A DNA stretch of 64,000 bases from a virus (taxonomy: Duplodnaviria > Caudoviricetes), in IMG/VR virus record IMGVR_UViG_3300015050_001236, positions 3,050 to 67,049 of that record; one strand, written 5' to 3'. The translations under genes were made by a program, and so were the position numbers. The notes below the pieces were generated by a model. The model was not told the DNA's origin. It saw nothing but the letters and a program-made list of their open reading frames with translations, and did not search any database. Of this stretch, positions 50,811-59,708 are shown in pieces (the first letter of the stretch is position 1; each line of letters begins with the position of its first letter).

Positions 50811-51514
50811 CAGTTCACCCGATAAGACGAGCCGCGCGGCACGATCGACAGCGTGGCCTTCTCGCGATCTTCCATCGACGCGGCCTCCCACGCCTCGCCG
50901 TACTCGCCCTTCAGCGTGTTGACGAGCTCGGGGTCGTCGCGCCGCTTCTTCTGCGCGATGTAGTAGGCCAGCCCGGCGACGAACACCGGCAGGAAGCGGA
51001 ACGGGAAATCGCCGGTGTTGGTGAACGCGCCGGCGTCCTCGATGCGGCGCAGCGCCCAGTAGACCAGCGTGTACGGACCCTGGCTATCAGGCAGCGGCCA
51101 GACATGCGCGACGATGCCATCGGTCAGCCGCTGGTAGAACACCTCGACCGGCCGGCCGGTGATGTTCGGATTGGTACGCGTCGCCTGCGTGCTGACGCTG
51201 ACACGCGTCATGTTCAGGCGCGAGATCTGCGGGGAGGCAGCGTAGGGCGGCAGCTGCACGACCTGCTCGAGCACGTCGACGATGTCGGCGCCGAGCGCGT
51301 ACTCGGCGGTGTTGTAGGTCAGCAGCTGCGTGCGCTCTTCGTAGGTGAACATGTTCAGGCCGCGGTTCGCCCACTCGAGCATCATCAGGTTGATGCTGCG
51401 GCGCGCCGTGCGCATGTCATAGCCGCTGCGGCTTTCGAGGCCCGCGCGCTCGAAGGCCTCTTCGATGGCCTCGACGATGTCCAGCTGGAAGGTTGTCGTG
51501 CCGCTCGTGGTCAT
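50810..51514 (-). CDS. Head-tail connector / adaptor
   Basis: MTTSGTTTF.LDI.E.IEEAFERAG.E.RSGYD.RTARRS.NL. Confidence 0.75.
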   Translation of the reverse strand: MTTSGTTTFQLDIVEAIEEAFERAGLESRSGYDMRTARRSINLMMLEWANRGLNMFTYEERTQLLTYNTAEYALGADIVDVLEQVVQLPPYAASPQISRLNMTRVSVSTQATRTNPNITGRPVEVFYQRLTDGIVAHVWPLPDSQGPYTLVYWALRRIEDAGAFTNTGDFPFRFLPVFVAGLAYYIAQKKRRDDPELVNTLKGEYGEAWEAASMEDREKATLSIVPRGSSYRVN

Positions 51515-51527
51515 CCTGGACGCCTTC

Positions 51528-53678
51528 TCACTTCCCGACCCAGCCGGTGTTGCCGGTCCCGGATTCCTTTACATATAGCGTAGTTCCTGCGCCGCCGTCA
51601 GTACGCGTGTAGAGGGCGCCGATCGGGGCGGTGACAACCCCCTCTGGCGAACCGGTCCCGTTCAGCGCGCAGATCAAGGATTGCCATGTTCCCGGCGTCC
51701 CCGCTGTCGTTGCGCGCCACCCAAAGATAAATGCTGCCGCGCTCGCCGTGCCGGGCGTGTCGTTAAAGGCGAACGCCCCCCGTTCGAACGTCCCAGACGC
51801 GGGCACCGCGTTGTTGGCGTAGACGCCGAGCTTGCCAGCGTAGAAGTCGTTCCGCAGGTTCTTGTTCAGCGCGACGTTACGGCCAGGCAGTTCGCCATTG
51901 GACAGCGCGCCCTCGTACCCGCCGGCCCCGGTAGACCACGAGTTCCACCGGAGCTTGGCTGTCGCGGAAGTCAGGTTGCAGAACTTCGCGGTTGTCGGCC
52001 GCTCGATATAATACGCATCCGCCGGGCGGGCGGCGACTGGGATGCTGTCGAAAACGAGGACGCGATCCCATTCGCCTCCGTTGGCGAGGATGGCGTAATC
52101 CCGGCTGGCGACGATCGGTGTGCCGGTCCCGTAGTAAATCTTGCTGTCGCGCACGATTGCGCCACGAAGGTTGATCCGGGTGTTGGCCACCTTCATCGTG
52201 ACGTTGGTGAACTGAACCCCCGCCCCCGCCCCTTGGGTATCGACTACCAGCGACGTCGGCGTGGGCACGCCCGCGAATGCTGACACGTCATCGGAGATCA
52301 GGCAGTCGGTAAACTGGATGTTGTCGTTGGCCTCCGCTGCCCCGCCATAGAGCGAAGACAGCCTCCCGAAAACCTGGCATCGAACGACGCGGACGCGCGG
52401 CTTATCCAGCCACACGTTCCCGACCATGAGCGTGTCTTCCACGAGAATGTCGTAGGACGTGCCACTATCAGCGACGATCGCGGTGTTGGACCCCGCGCCG
52501 GAAATCAGCTTGGACGCGGTGACCCGCACATCCTGGCAGTACGCGCCGCCTTCCGCCTCGATATCAAGACAGCTTGCTGGCGAACTGCCGAATACCCCGC
52601 TGGCGGTATTGGGCGCAGCACCAGAGTTGGAAAAATTGACGTTCTGGAACAACGCGAGGTTTGCTCCGACCAGCGAAAAACAATTGCGTCCGACGCTGTC
52701 GATGTCGACGTTCTGCACCAGCAGCGGCTTGGCGTCACTGCGGCTGGTCAGCGAGGCGTATGCATACAGGATGCCGTCGAGACACGAGTTGAAAATCAGC
52801 AGGTTGCCCAGCACCGTCTGGTCGCACGCGGACACGCTGATCCCGTAATGGATGCACTGCCGACCGGTGTCGCCCCATAGGCCGCCAAGGTAGGCGACGT
52901 CCGACGAACCGTCGACAATTAGGTCGGTGCAGACGAACATCCCGACATTGCGGGCGTCCACCGCGTAGCCGATATCCGCGCGCTCAGAGGCAAGGATGCT
53001 CGGGCCAGCGATGGGCAGACCTGTTGCTGGGTCGAAAGCGCCGAACCGCATCCCCGACTTGAATTTGATGGTCGCGCCGTTGCCCCGGACGCCGAAGAAA
53101 GAGACTCCGTTGGCGTAGAGCAGCGCCTGCCCGGTGAGGTAGTTCGACCCGCCAGTCGTCTGCAGCCCGCCCAGGTAGACCGCCCCGGCGCGGCATTCAA
53201 CCCATCCGCCGTCTGTCGCGTTGAGAACCGCCGACAGCCCGCGCAATGCGGCGGTGTCGTCCGTTACCCCGTCACCGACCGCCCCGAACATCTCCGGGGT
53301 GCAGGTCTTGCCGGCGAGCCTGCGCACCCACGCGCCCGATACGCCCGTCGGCGCGGACGCCGGCGCCACGTAGACGCCCTGCTGGGTGTCCACTGTCACC
53401 AGCGCCGAGAGGTCCGAGGCGTCCCACTGGAAGATGCCTTCGCGTCCTTCCTCGAGCAGATAGGCCGTCGGGTAGGTTGCCGAGTCCAGCGTAGCCAGCG
53501 CGGTACGCGTCTCGGCACTTGGCATGTCGCTGGCGTTGAGCGCCGCGATTGCTGCCGCGGTGGTGCGCAACGTCGTGTGCCCGCCGCTGCCGTCCGGCTG
53601 GTCGATAGGTACGATCTCGCTGCCGTTGATCCCCGTGGCGGGGGCCAACGGAGCAAAAATGGTGGTGTAGCTCGTCAT
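51528..53678 (-). CDS. Tailspike / depolymerase with pectate-lyase-like beta-helix
   Basis: TPEMFGAVGDGVTDDTAAL; beta-helix-like body; C-terminal GSPEGVVTAPIG.LY.R.DGG.GTTLYVKESGTG.TGW. Confidence 0.85.
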   Translation of the reverse strand: MTSYTTIFAPLAPATGINGSEIVPIDQPDGSGGHTTLRTTAAAIAALNASDMPSAETRTALATLDSATYPTAYLLEEGREGIFQWDASDLSALVTVDTQQGVYVAPASAPTGVSGAWVRRLAGKTCTPEMFGAVGDGVTDDTAALRGLSAVLNATDGGWVECRAGAVYLGGLQTTGGSNYLTGQALLYANGVSFFGVRGNGATIKFKSGMRFGAFDPATGLPIAGPSILASERADIGYAVDARNVGMFVCTDLIVDGSSDVAYLGGLWGDTGRQCIHYGISVSACDQTVLGNLLIFNSCLDGILYAYASLTSRSDAKPLLVQNVDIDSVGRNCFSLVGANLALFQNVNFSNSGAAPNTASGVFGSSPASCLDIEAEGGAYCQDVRVTASKLISGAGSNTAIVADSGTSYDILVEDTLMVGNVWLDKPRVRVVRCQVFGRLSSLYGGAAEANDNIQFTDCLISDDVSAFAGVPTPTSLVVDTQGAGAGVQFTNVTMKVANTRINLRGAIVRDSKIYYGTGTPIVASRDYAILANGGEWDRVLVFDSIPVAARPADAYYIERPTTAKFCNLTSATAKLRWNSWSTGAGGYEGALSNGELPGRNVALNKNLRNDFYAGKLGVYANNAVPASGTFERGAFAFNDTPGTASAAAFIFGWRATTAGTPGTWQSLICALNGTGSPEGVVTAPIGALYTRTDGGAGTTLYVKESGTGNTGWVGK

Positions 53679-53703
53679 TGCCTGGTTCCTTGCCCGCCCA
53701 TTG

Positions 53704-54609
53704 CTACGCTCCGGTGTAACCTTGGGCGTTGAGGTAGACTGCGCCGGTGACTGAAGCCGTCAAGGTGACAAATTCGAGCAGCGTGTTGGTGCTGCCAACC
53801 AACGGGTTGTCAAAGCTGATGCTCGTCATGCCGAGCCCCGCGGTCCCGATATACCCGCGCCACAGAACAGTGCCCCCAGCGCCGTCGCGAATAGCCACTT
53901 CGGTTGCCGCCCCGAGCGCGCCATTCGTCTGGATCGTGATTGCCGAAACATAGTTTCGAACGTTTGCGCCGGCGGCAGTCTTGATGGTGACCGCCGTGGT
54001 GGTGTTCACGATGCCGCTCGCGGCGGCGGCGTACTGCCACCCCGACGGAGGGATGACGATAGTTCCGGTGGTGTTGCCCCTCTGTCGATCCCACCCAGTG
54101 CCGTTGAAAACCTGCGGGACGCTATACCACCCGAGGCTTTGCGAGCTGTTCTGCCCGATGGGGGTCGTCGGGTTAAAGATCCGGTTGTCACCTTGCGTGA
54201 CCGCGCCGCCGCCGATCATCACCGCGCCGGTAGTCGTCAGCCACACGTCACCGCGTTGGCCAGCAGTCCAGGGGCCTAGCCCGTTGGCGTTACTCTCGAC
54301 CTTGCCGCCTATTTTTAGCGGGTTTCCGGTGTCCGTAACGCCCGCGGCTACGTTGCCGCCGGTAGCCAGGAGTCCAGACACCCCGGCGGTTACAGTGTTG
54401 GTGCCCGCAACCTGCGCCAGATTAACGGCACCGGTGCCGCTGATGGTCGCCGATACCGGCAAAGGGTTTCCGGTGCCATACTCTACCCCCGCCGAATCCG
54501 ACAGCACGACGCCCGCGAGATACGCGGGCTCCGTGTTGCCGTTCGACAGCGTGACGTTGGCCGAGTAGCCAAACATCCAGTCGCGCGCGCCGTAATGTGT
54601 TGCCGCCAT
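53704..54609 (-). CDS. Virion fibre/adaptor protein
   Basis: Gly/Thr/Ala-rich beta sequence; N-terminus shared with 55907-56329. Confidence 0.7.
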   Translation of the reverse strand: MAATHYGARDWMFGYSANVTLSNGNTEPAYLAGVVLSDSAGVEYGTGNPLPVSATISGTGAVNLAQVAGTNTVTAGVSGLLATGGNVAAGVTDTGNPLKIGGKVESNANGLGPWTAGQRGDVWLTTTGAVMIGGGAVTQGDNRIFNPTTPIGQNSSQSLGWYSVPQVFNGTGWDRQRGNTTGTIVIPPSGWQYAAAASGIVNTTTAVTIKTAAGANVRNYVSAITIQTNGALGAATEVAIRDGAGGTVLWRGYIGTAGLGMTSISFDNPLVGSTNTLLEFVTLTASVTGAVYLNAQGYTGA

Positions 54610-54647
54610 GGGCTTAGCTCCTTATCAAACCAGTCGTCGCCTGCGCA

Positions 54648-55907
54648 TCAGAAGAACTCCAGCAGCGGCTCGGCGACGCCGATCACCCCCGATGGCACCC
54701 CGCCCCAGACCGTTTCGACGATAAACTGCAGGTAGACCGTGGTGAGGGGGATGACGAAAGCCGGGATCTCCGCCGTGACGGACGCGGGGAACTGCCCGTA
54801 TACGTCACCGCCGGCCGAGGTCAGGACGGTTGCGTTCAGAGTAGTTCCGAACCCTGCGTCAAAGCACTGGCAGTATACGGATAGGGTGGTGAGCGTGGCC
54901 GCTACCGCCGAGCTGCGGATGGGGACACGCGCCCGCACCTTGGTTGTGCCCGGGGTCACATAACTAGCGATCGACCCGCCGAACTGTCGGATGATAATGA
55001 AGTTTCCGGCCGCTCCTCCGAAAGTTACATCCATCCACCGTCGTTGACGGGGCAGGCCCGTGGCATACGCCACAGCACCGGTCACGGCCGTTGCGCCGGT
55101 GCCGACGTTCCAGCTTGCGGGCAGGGTGCCCGACGCGCCGCCGTCGTTCGTGCCACCGGAGCCGGACAGCATCGGATTGACCAGCAATCGGCTGCTGTTG
55201 GCGTTAGAGAACCGGCTATCGATGTTCGAGATCGGGTAGTCGTCCATCACGGCATAATTGCCCGCCTGGGACTCGGCAAAATACTGGCCTTCGGCCATGG
55301 CCCCCGCGCTGTTGGCGTGCAGGTCGTCGTAGCACAGGGACGAGAGCGCCGCGCCTGTTGCGCTGGTCGTGTCCCGGAGCACAGCACCCATATCGACGCA
55401 TTGGAACGAGGGCGAGCTGGACGCCCACTGGCGCCCGCGTTGCATCAACCCGAAGTTCCACGTCGCCAGGCCCTGCTGCAGCGCAGCGGTCATGGTGACG
55501 CGGGGGTTTGCCGTCGTCTTGACCACGCGTGTCACGCCAATTGCCGCGTAGGCGGCTACGAGTTGATCTTCAACAAGAAGAGCCGCTGCTGCGGCCGCGG
55601 CGGAAGTAATGTCGTTTTGCCCGACATTGTCCCAGATTTCGTCGACTGGGCCGTCGGCGAGGATCGCCCCGATCTGGGAATTGAACCCTGCCAACGCATT
55701 CGCGGCAGTCCATCCGCTGCCGGCGATAACGCCGGCCAGCTCGTATGGCCACCCCATCTGAGCGAGCGCCCACACCCACCACAGTCGTGACGAGTAGGTG
55801 CTGGCGGCCGCGACGACATCCTGGCTCGTACCAACGATAAGTAGCCGGCGGCGTGTCACGCCACGGCGGACGACGAGTGGATTGAACGGGGGCGCGAAAG
55901 CAGGCAT
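54648..55907 (-). CDS. SGNH/GDSL-like esterase with C-terminal beta-sandwich
   Basis: Block I VGTS, block III GQND, block V DDLH; lower GC. Confidence 0.7.
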   Translation of the reverse strand: MPAFAPPFNPLVVRRGVTRRRLLIVGTSQDVVAAASTYSSRLWWVWALAQMGWPYELAGVIAGSGWTAANALAGFNSQIGAILADGPVDEIWDNVGQNDITSAAAAAAALLVEDQLVAAYAAIGVTRVVKTTANPRVTMTAALQQGLATWNFGLMQRGRQWASSSPSFQCVDMGAVLRDTTSATGAALSSLCYDDLHANSAGAMAEGQYFAESQAGNYAVMDDYPISNIDSRFSNANSSRLLVNPMLSGSGGTNDGGASGTLPASWNVGTGATAVTGAVAYATGLPRQRRWMDVTFGGAAGNFIIIRQFGGSIASYVTPGTTKVRARVPIRSSAVAATLTTLSVYCQCFDAGFGTTLNATVLTSAGGDVYGQFPASVTAEIPAFVIPLTTVYLQFIVETVWGGVPSGVIGVAEPLLEFF

Positions 55908-56329
55908 CAGGTGTACTCCACCACGTCAACGCTGCCCGTCGCGGCTGACCAGATACCCTTGACGATCCCGGTGTAGCCGGGCGGCAACTCGTAGTAGGTG
56001 TAGAGCCCCGACCCCATCTTGATCTGGTAGACGGAGGCTGTCGGGGTTCCGGCGCCCGGCAGCAGATAGAGGATGGCGGCTGCGTCGTAGTAGAAGGTCG
56101 CGCCCCTGCGCGCCGTGTTCGCGGCGAGGATCGTCACCGCCGTGGCGCTGGCGGCGACCTGGGTAGCCGTGGCGGTCGAGAAAGCCGCGGGGCTGCCGCC
56201 TGTCGGAGTGCCGGCCGAGTCGACCAGCGTGACCGCCTGAATGCCGACGGACCCTGTGCCGGTGCCGTTCGGGTTGGGAACGATCCAGCCAAGCAGCCAG
56301 TCCTTGAGGGAGATATTCGTGGCGGCCAT
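55907..56329 (-). CDS. Small virion protein
   Basis: AANTARRGA...Y.LPPGYTG.V.GIW; shared N-terminus with 53704-54609. Confidence 0.7.
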   Translation of the reverse strand: MAATNISLKDWLLGWIVPNPNGTGTGSVGIQAVTLVDSAGTPTGGSPAAFSTATATQVAASATAVTILAANTARRGATFYYDAAAILYLLPGAGTPTASVYQIKMGSGLYTYYELPPGYTGIVKGIWSAATGSVDVVEYT

Positions 56330-56397
56330 GGCCAAACCTTTCCGAGCAGAAAGTGGTGCGACGGCGCGAGCACGCCGTCGCCTCGAGCGTTGTCAGA

Positions 56398-57366
56398 TCA
56401 GGCCGCGTTGACCGCGATGCCGGTGCCGCTGTTGACCGCCGGGCCGCTGACCAGAACGCCGGTGCCGGTAGCGATCTTGGTGACGTTGAAGGCGCTCGGG
56501 TATTCGACGGCGATCCAGCCGTCGGTCAGGGTGGCGCCGAGGCTGATACAGACCGCCGGGGTCGAGCCGAGATTGGCCGCGACGAAAGACGGGCGCACCA
56601 GGCGCAGCAGGCGCTCGACGTCGGCGCTGGCCGCGGCGCGGATGAACACGCCGGCAGTCCCCGCGAGCTGCCGCCAGAACGAGCAGTCAACCATGGTGCA
56701 GTCGCGCGTCACCAGTCCTGTGCCGACGAGCTCCTTGGTGAGATCGACGCAAGGCCGGATGATGTTGCCGACCAGCAGGTCCGCCAGCGAGCCGAAGGTG
56801 CAGTTGAAGAACTGCGCGCTGTCGCCGTTGAGCACCAGCTCGGCCGCCGTGGTCTCGTCCAGGTCGGTCGACTTGTAGAACTCGCAGTTGTTGTAGAGCG
56901 CGTATTCGCCGCCCTCGCCGACGCAATAGAGTCCTTGCGCCACCGTGCTTGCGTTGATCCACTTGATGTTGGTGAAGGAGTTGCGGACGCCGGTGTTCTT
57001 CATGGTGAACACGTTGGTGGCGCCGGAGGTGGCCGTCAGGCTGACCTTGGCGTTCTGCCCGTACAGACGGCCGTCGGTGCCGTCGATGCCGATGAAGTGC
57101 ACGCGGCTCTTCGACACCGTGAGCATGGCGCTCAGCACATGCGTGGCGCTGCCCATGAGACAGATGACGTCGTCGTTGTTGGTCGTGGCGCGGCTGTATG
57201 CGTATTCGACGGTCTTGAACGGGGAAGTGAGCCCGCCCTGGTTGCCGTCGGAACCGTTGGTGTAGTCAACGAAATACACATTGCCCGGGGTGACGGGGAT
57301 CGTCCCGCCGCCGAAAACCGGGATGCCGAAAGACGAAATTCCGTTCGGAAAATTGGTCAGGCCCAT
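56398..57366 (-). CDS. Virion protein with beta-helix-like domain (post-capsid gene)
   Basis: MGLTNFPNGISSFGIPV; YFVD..NGSDGN.G...PFKT. Confidence 0.75.
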   Translation of the reverse strand: MGLTNFPNGISSFGIPVFGGGTIPVTPGNVYFVDYTNGSDGNQGGLTSPFKTVEYAYSRATTNNDDVICLMGSATHVLSAMLTVSKSRVHFIGIDGTDGRLYGQNAKVSLTATSGATNVFTMKNTGVRNSFTNIKWINASTVAQGLYCVGEGGEYALYNNCEFYKSTDLDETTAAELVLNGDSAQFFNCTFGSLADLLVGNIIRPCVDLTKELVGTGLVTRDCTMVDCSFWRQLAGTAGVFIRAAASADVERLLRLVRPSFVAANLGSTPAVCISLGATLTDGWIAVEYPSAFNVTKIATGTGVLVSGPAVNSGTGIAVNAA

Positions 57367-57464
57367 AGCCGTGTCTTGCTCCATGTACCGCGCGGCAGCC
57401 GGAGTAGCCGAGGGTTGGTTACCTCACCGGGCGGTAGATGCGCGACGGTACGCGCTCGGCGCAG

Positions 57465-57495
57465 AAAAGAAAAGGCCCTCCTTGTGGGAGGGCCT
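57465..57495 (-). terminator. Rho-independent terminator
   Basis: AGGCCCTCC-cacaa-GGAGGGCCT followed by TTTCTTTT on the minus strand. Confidence 0.85.
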
Positions 57496-57527
57496 CAAGT
57501 CAAGGGAGGAGTTGCGTCATCATGCGA
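57465..57527 (-). ncRNA. Candidate ~60-nt sRNA with anti-Shine-Dalgarno ACUCCUCCCUU
   Basis: TTGACG-N17-CAACCT upstream (57560-57532), terminator downstream. Confidence 0.45.
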
Positions 57528-57612
57528 GGGTAGGTTGCGCGTGTTCTTTGCTGGCGTCAACTGTTTCCGTCGAGGTTCGCCGTGCCGGGCTGCGGCTGGG
57601 TCTCGGAAATGA

Positions 57613-57634
57613 CAAGGGCGCCGAAGCGCCCTTG
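57613..57634 (-). terminator. cUUCGg hairpin after the capsid gene
   Basis: CAAGGGCGC-ttcg-GCGCCCTTG then TCATTT. Confidence 0.6.
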
Positions 57635-57663
57635 CTGCTGAACCACGAAGGGCCAGACGATTG

Positions 57664-58587
57664 TCAGGCTCCCGGCGAAGCGTAGGATGCGAGGTAGTCG
57701 GAGACGCCGAAGGCGTATCTTTCGCGCTGTTTATAGCGAATGTTTCCGGTGTCGAAGTCCCCATCCGAATCCTCGGAGACCGGGACGCGGTTGAAATACT
57801 TGAAGCCTTCGGGCACGTCGGTCATCAGGAACCACGCGTCCGGGTCGGTCAGGTAGTGATTCACCGCGAAGCCCTCGGGCACCGAGGCCGAAGTCCGGAT
57901 GGCGTTCACGTCGTTGTTCGCCGTGCCGGGCTGCAGCTGGGTTTCGAGGATGCGGATCGCCGTGTACTGGTTGTCGATCGGCACGATCATCTTCCGGACA
58001 CGAGCCTGGATGAGCTTGCCGCGATCGTCAGTCCACTTGCCGATCTGGATGACGGCGGCCTCGAGCGAAGTCTCGTTGAGGTCGACGGCGACAGACGGGC
58101 GGTTGGAGATCACCGGGCCGGCCACCTGCGGGTGGGCGGTCGAGTAGAGCGGGACGCCGTCGCCGACACCATAGCCACCCGACGCGAGCGCCGTGAAGCC
58201 GGTGTTGAGGATGGCAGCCGCCTTGATCTCCTTGGTGTTGCGCATGGCGCGACCGAGCTCACGCGAATAGCGGGCGCTCAGGGAGTCGTAGAGGTTGTCT
58301 TCGAAGGCTTCCTGCGTCAGCGCGAAGCCCATCGAAATGGTCTCCATGTTGTACGTCGAGGTGTAGCCTTCCTGCGCGGTGTCGAACAGCGTCGCGGAAC
58401 CTTCCTGCTTGGTGGGAGCAGACTGGAAACCGGTAACCTTCTGGTCCTGTTCGAACGAGCGCTCCGAAGAGTGCTCGGTATAGATGTCCATGAACTCCAT
58501 GGGATACTCGTTGTACGACATCCCGAAGAGTGCGTTGAGGCCCGGCAGAAGCTCACGGAGCAGCTGGGCACGAGAAATTGCAGCCAT
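57664..58587 (-). CDS. Major capsid protein (Mu gpT-like family)
   Basis: MAAISRAQLLRELLPGLNALFG..Y; YLTDPDAWF; DFDTGN.RYK.RERY.FG. Confidence 0.9.
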   Translation of the reverse strand: MAAISRAQLLRELLPGLNALFGMSYNEYPMEFMDIYTEHSSERSFEQDQKVTGFQSAPTKQEGSATLFDTAQEGYTSTYNMETISMGFALTQEAFEDNLYDSLSARYSRELGRAMRNTKEIKAAAILNTGFTALASGGYGVGDGVPLYSTAHPQVAGPVISNRPSVAVDLNETSLEAAVIQIGKWTDDRGKLIQARVRKMIVPIDNQYTAIRILETQLQPGTANNDVNAIRTSASVPEGFAVNHYLTDPDAWFLMTDVPEGFKYFNRVPVSEDSDGDFDTGNIRYKQRERYAFGVSDYLASYASPGA

Positions 58588-58600
58588 CTGTCAGTACTCC

Positions 58601-59194
58601 TTAGACGCCGGTCGGGTTGAGAATCTGCTGGTCGCCATTCCAGACAACAAGCACGTCGGTGTACGCGTCACCCGAAGCGTTGGTCGGGCTGTCGAGCAGG
58701 CCGACGATGCGCAGGGGCAGCGTATCCGTGGTGTTGATGCTGGAGGCGCTTAGCGCGTTGCGGCTCTTGCCAATGGCTGCCGAGCCGGCGGTCTGGATGA
58801 TCGCCGCGTTGGCGCCGACATCCGAGTAGGCCACCGGGCCGTTGGCCTGGATCTGGAACACGCCCATCGGGAAGGTGAGGACGCGCGCCTTCGGCACCTT
58901 GGGCCAGGTGGTGTAGCCCGTGGTGGTCGAAGCCGGCCAGTACTGGCTCTCGAACAGGTAGCCGAGCGCCGGGTCGATATACTCGCAGCCGAGGAAGATA
59001 CCATAGGGCGTCAGCGTCGTGGTGCCGGTGTCCTTCTCGATCGAACCATCCGCCGCCAGCTTGACGACGTCGCCGAAGAAGATCGAGGTGGTGTAGCCGT
59101 CGAGGATGGGAACCGTCTCGAAGCCCTGGGTGTTGTAGCCTGCGCCATAGTTCTCAACCGGAACCATGCCGTAGGGGTATGCGGTGCTAGCCAT
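58601..59194 (-). CDS. Capsid decoration / minor capsid protein
   Basis: PYG..PV...IF.GD.VKL...G.FLGC.Y.DP; position before MCP. Confidence 0.65.
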   Translation of the reverse strand: MASTAYPYGMVPVENYGAGYNTQGFETVPILDGYTTSIFFGDVVKLAADGSIEKDTGTTTLTPYGIFLGCEYIDPALGYLFESQYWPASTTTGYTTWPKVPKARVLTFPMGVFQIQANGPVAYSDVGANAAIIQTAGSAAIGKSRNALSASSINTTDTLPLRIVGLLDSPTNASGDAYTDVLVVWNGDQQILNPTGV

Positions 59195-59222
59195 TTAGGC
59201 CTCCTGAAGAATTGGCGTCATG

Positions 59223-59708
59223 TCAACGGGATGATGGCCCGAAGACGACCTTGCGTCGATTCTCCGAAACTTTCCGCATCAGTTCATGGTCGTCGCGCAT
59301 GTAATGCTCTTCGGCCGAGTTCAGACCGTCACGGGTCTTCCTGTCATAGAACTGACGGCGCTGGTCGACCATCTCCTGGGGCATCTTGCACAGCAGCAGG
59401 CCGCCGTGTTCGATGAGTCCGTGAGTCTGGTCACTGCGCCATTCGGCGAGGATCTCGGGATGGTCTTCGGCGCGAACCGCTTCCCATCCTTCCCGACGAC
59501 GTTTCTCAACGTTGTTCTTGTCGTCGGTGCCTCGGCTGGCCGCCCGCACCCATTTGAACGCCCAGCCGTCGCGGGGTTCGGGGTCGGGGATCAGCGTGGG
59601 CTCCACCCACTGCCGCTTGCGTTCGGATTTTTCACGCGTCTCCAGAGACCGCGGCGTTCTGGTGGATGGACCTGCAAGGTCTTCCCAGGGATCGAGGGTC
59701 TCGGTCAT
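59223..59708 (-). CDS. Conserved head-module protein
   Basis: P.P..GW..KWVR...D..N...R.EGWE.V...GGLLLCKMP. Confidence 0.75.
   Translation of the reverse strand: MTETLDPWEDLAGPSTRTPRSLETREKSERKRQWVEPTLIPDPEPRDGWAFKWVRAASRGTDDKNNVEKRRREGWEAVRAEDHPEILAEWRSDQTHGLIEHGGLLLCKMPQEMVDQRRQFYDRKTRDGLNSAEEHYMRDDHELMRKVSENRRKVVFGPSSR

Noticed and set aside
57520-57666. Possible UGA-C readthrough extending the capsid protein by about 47 aa
   Set aside because: The extension is low-complexity, crosses a terminator-like hairpin and has no domain features.
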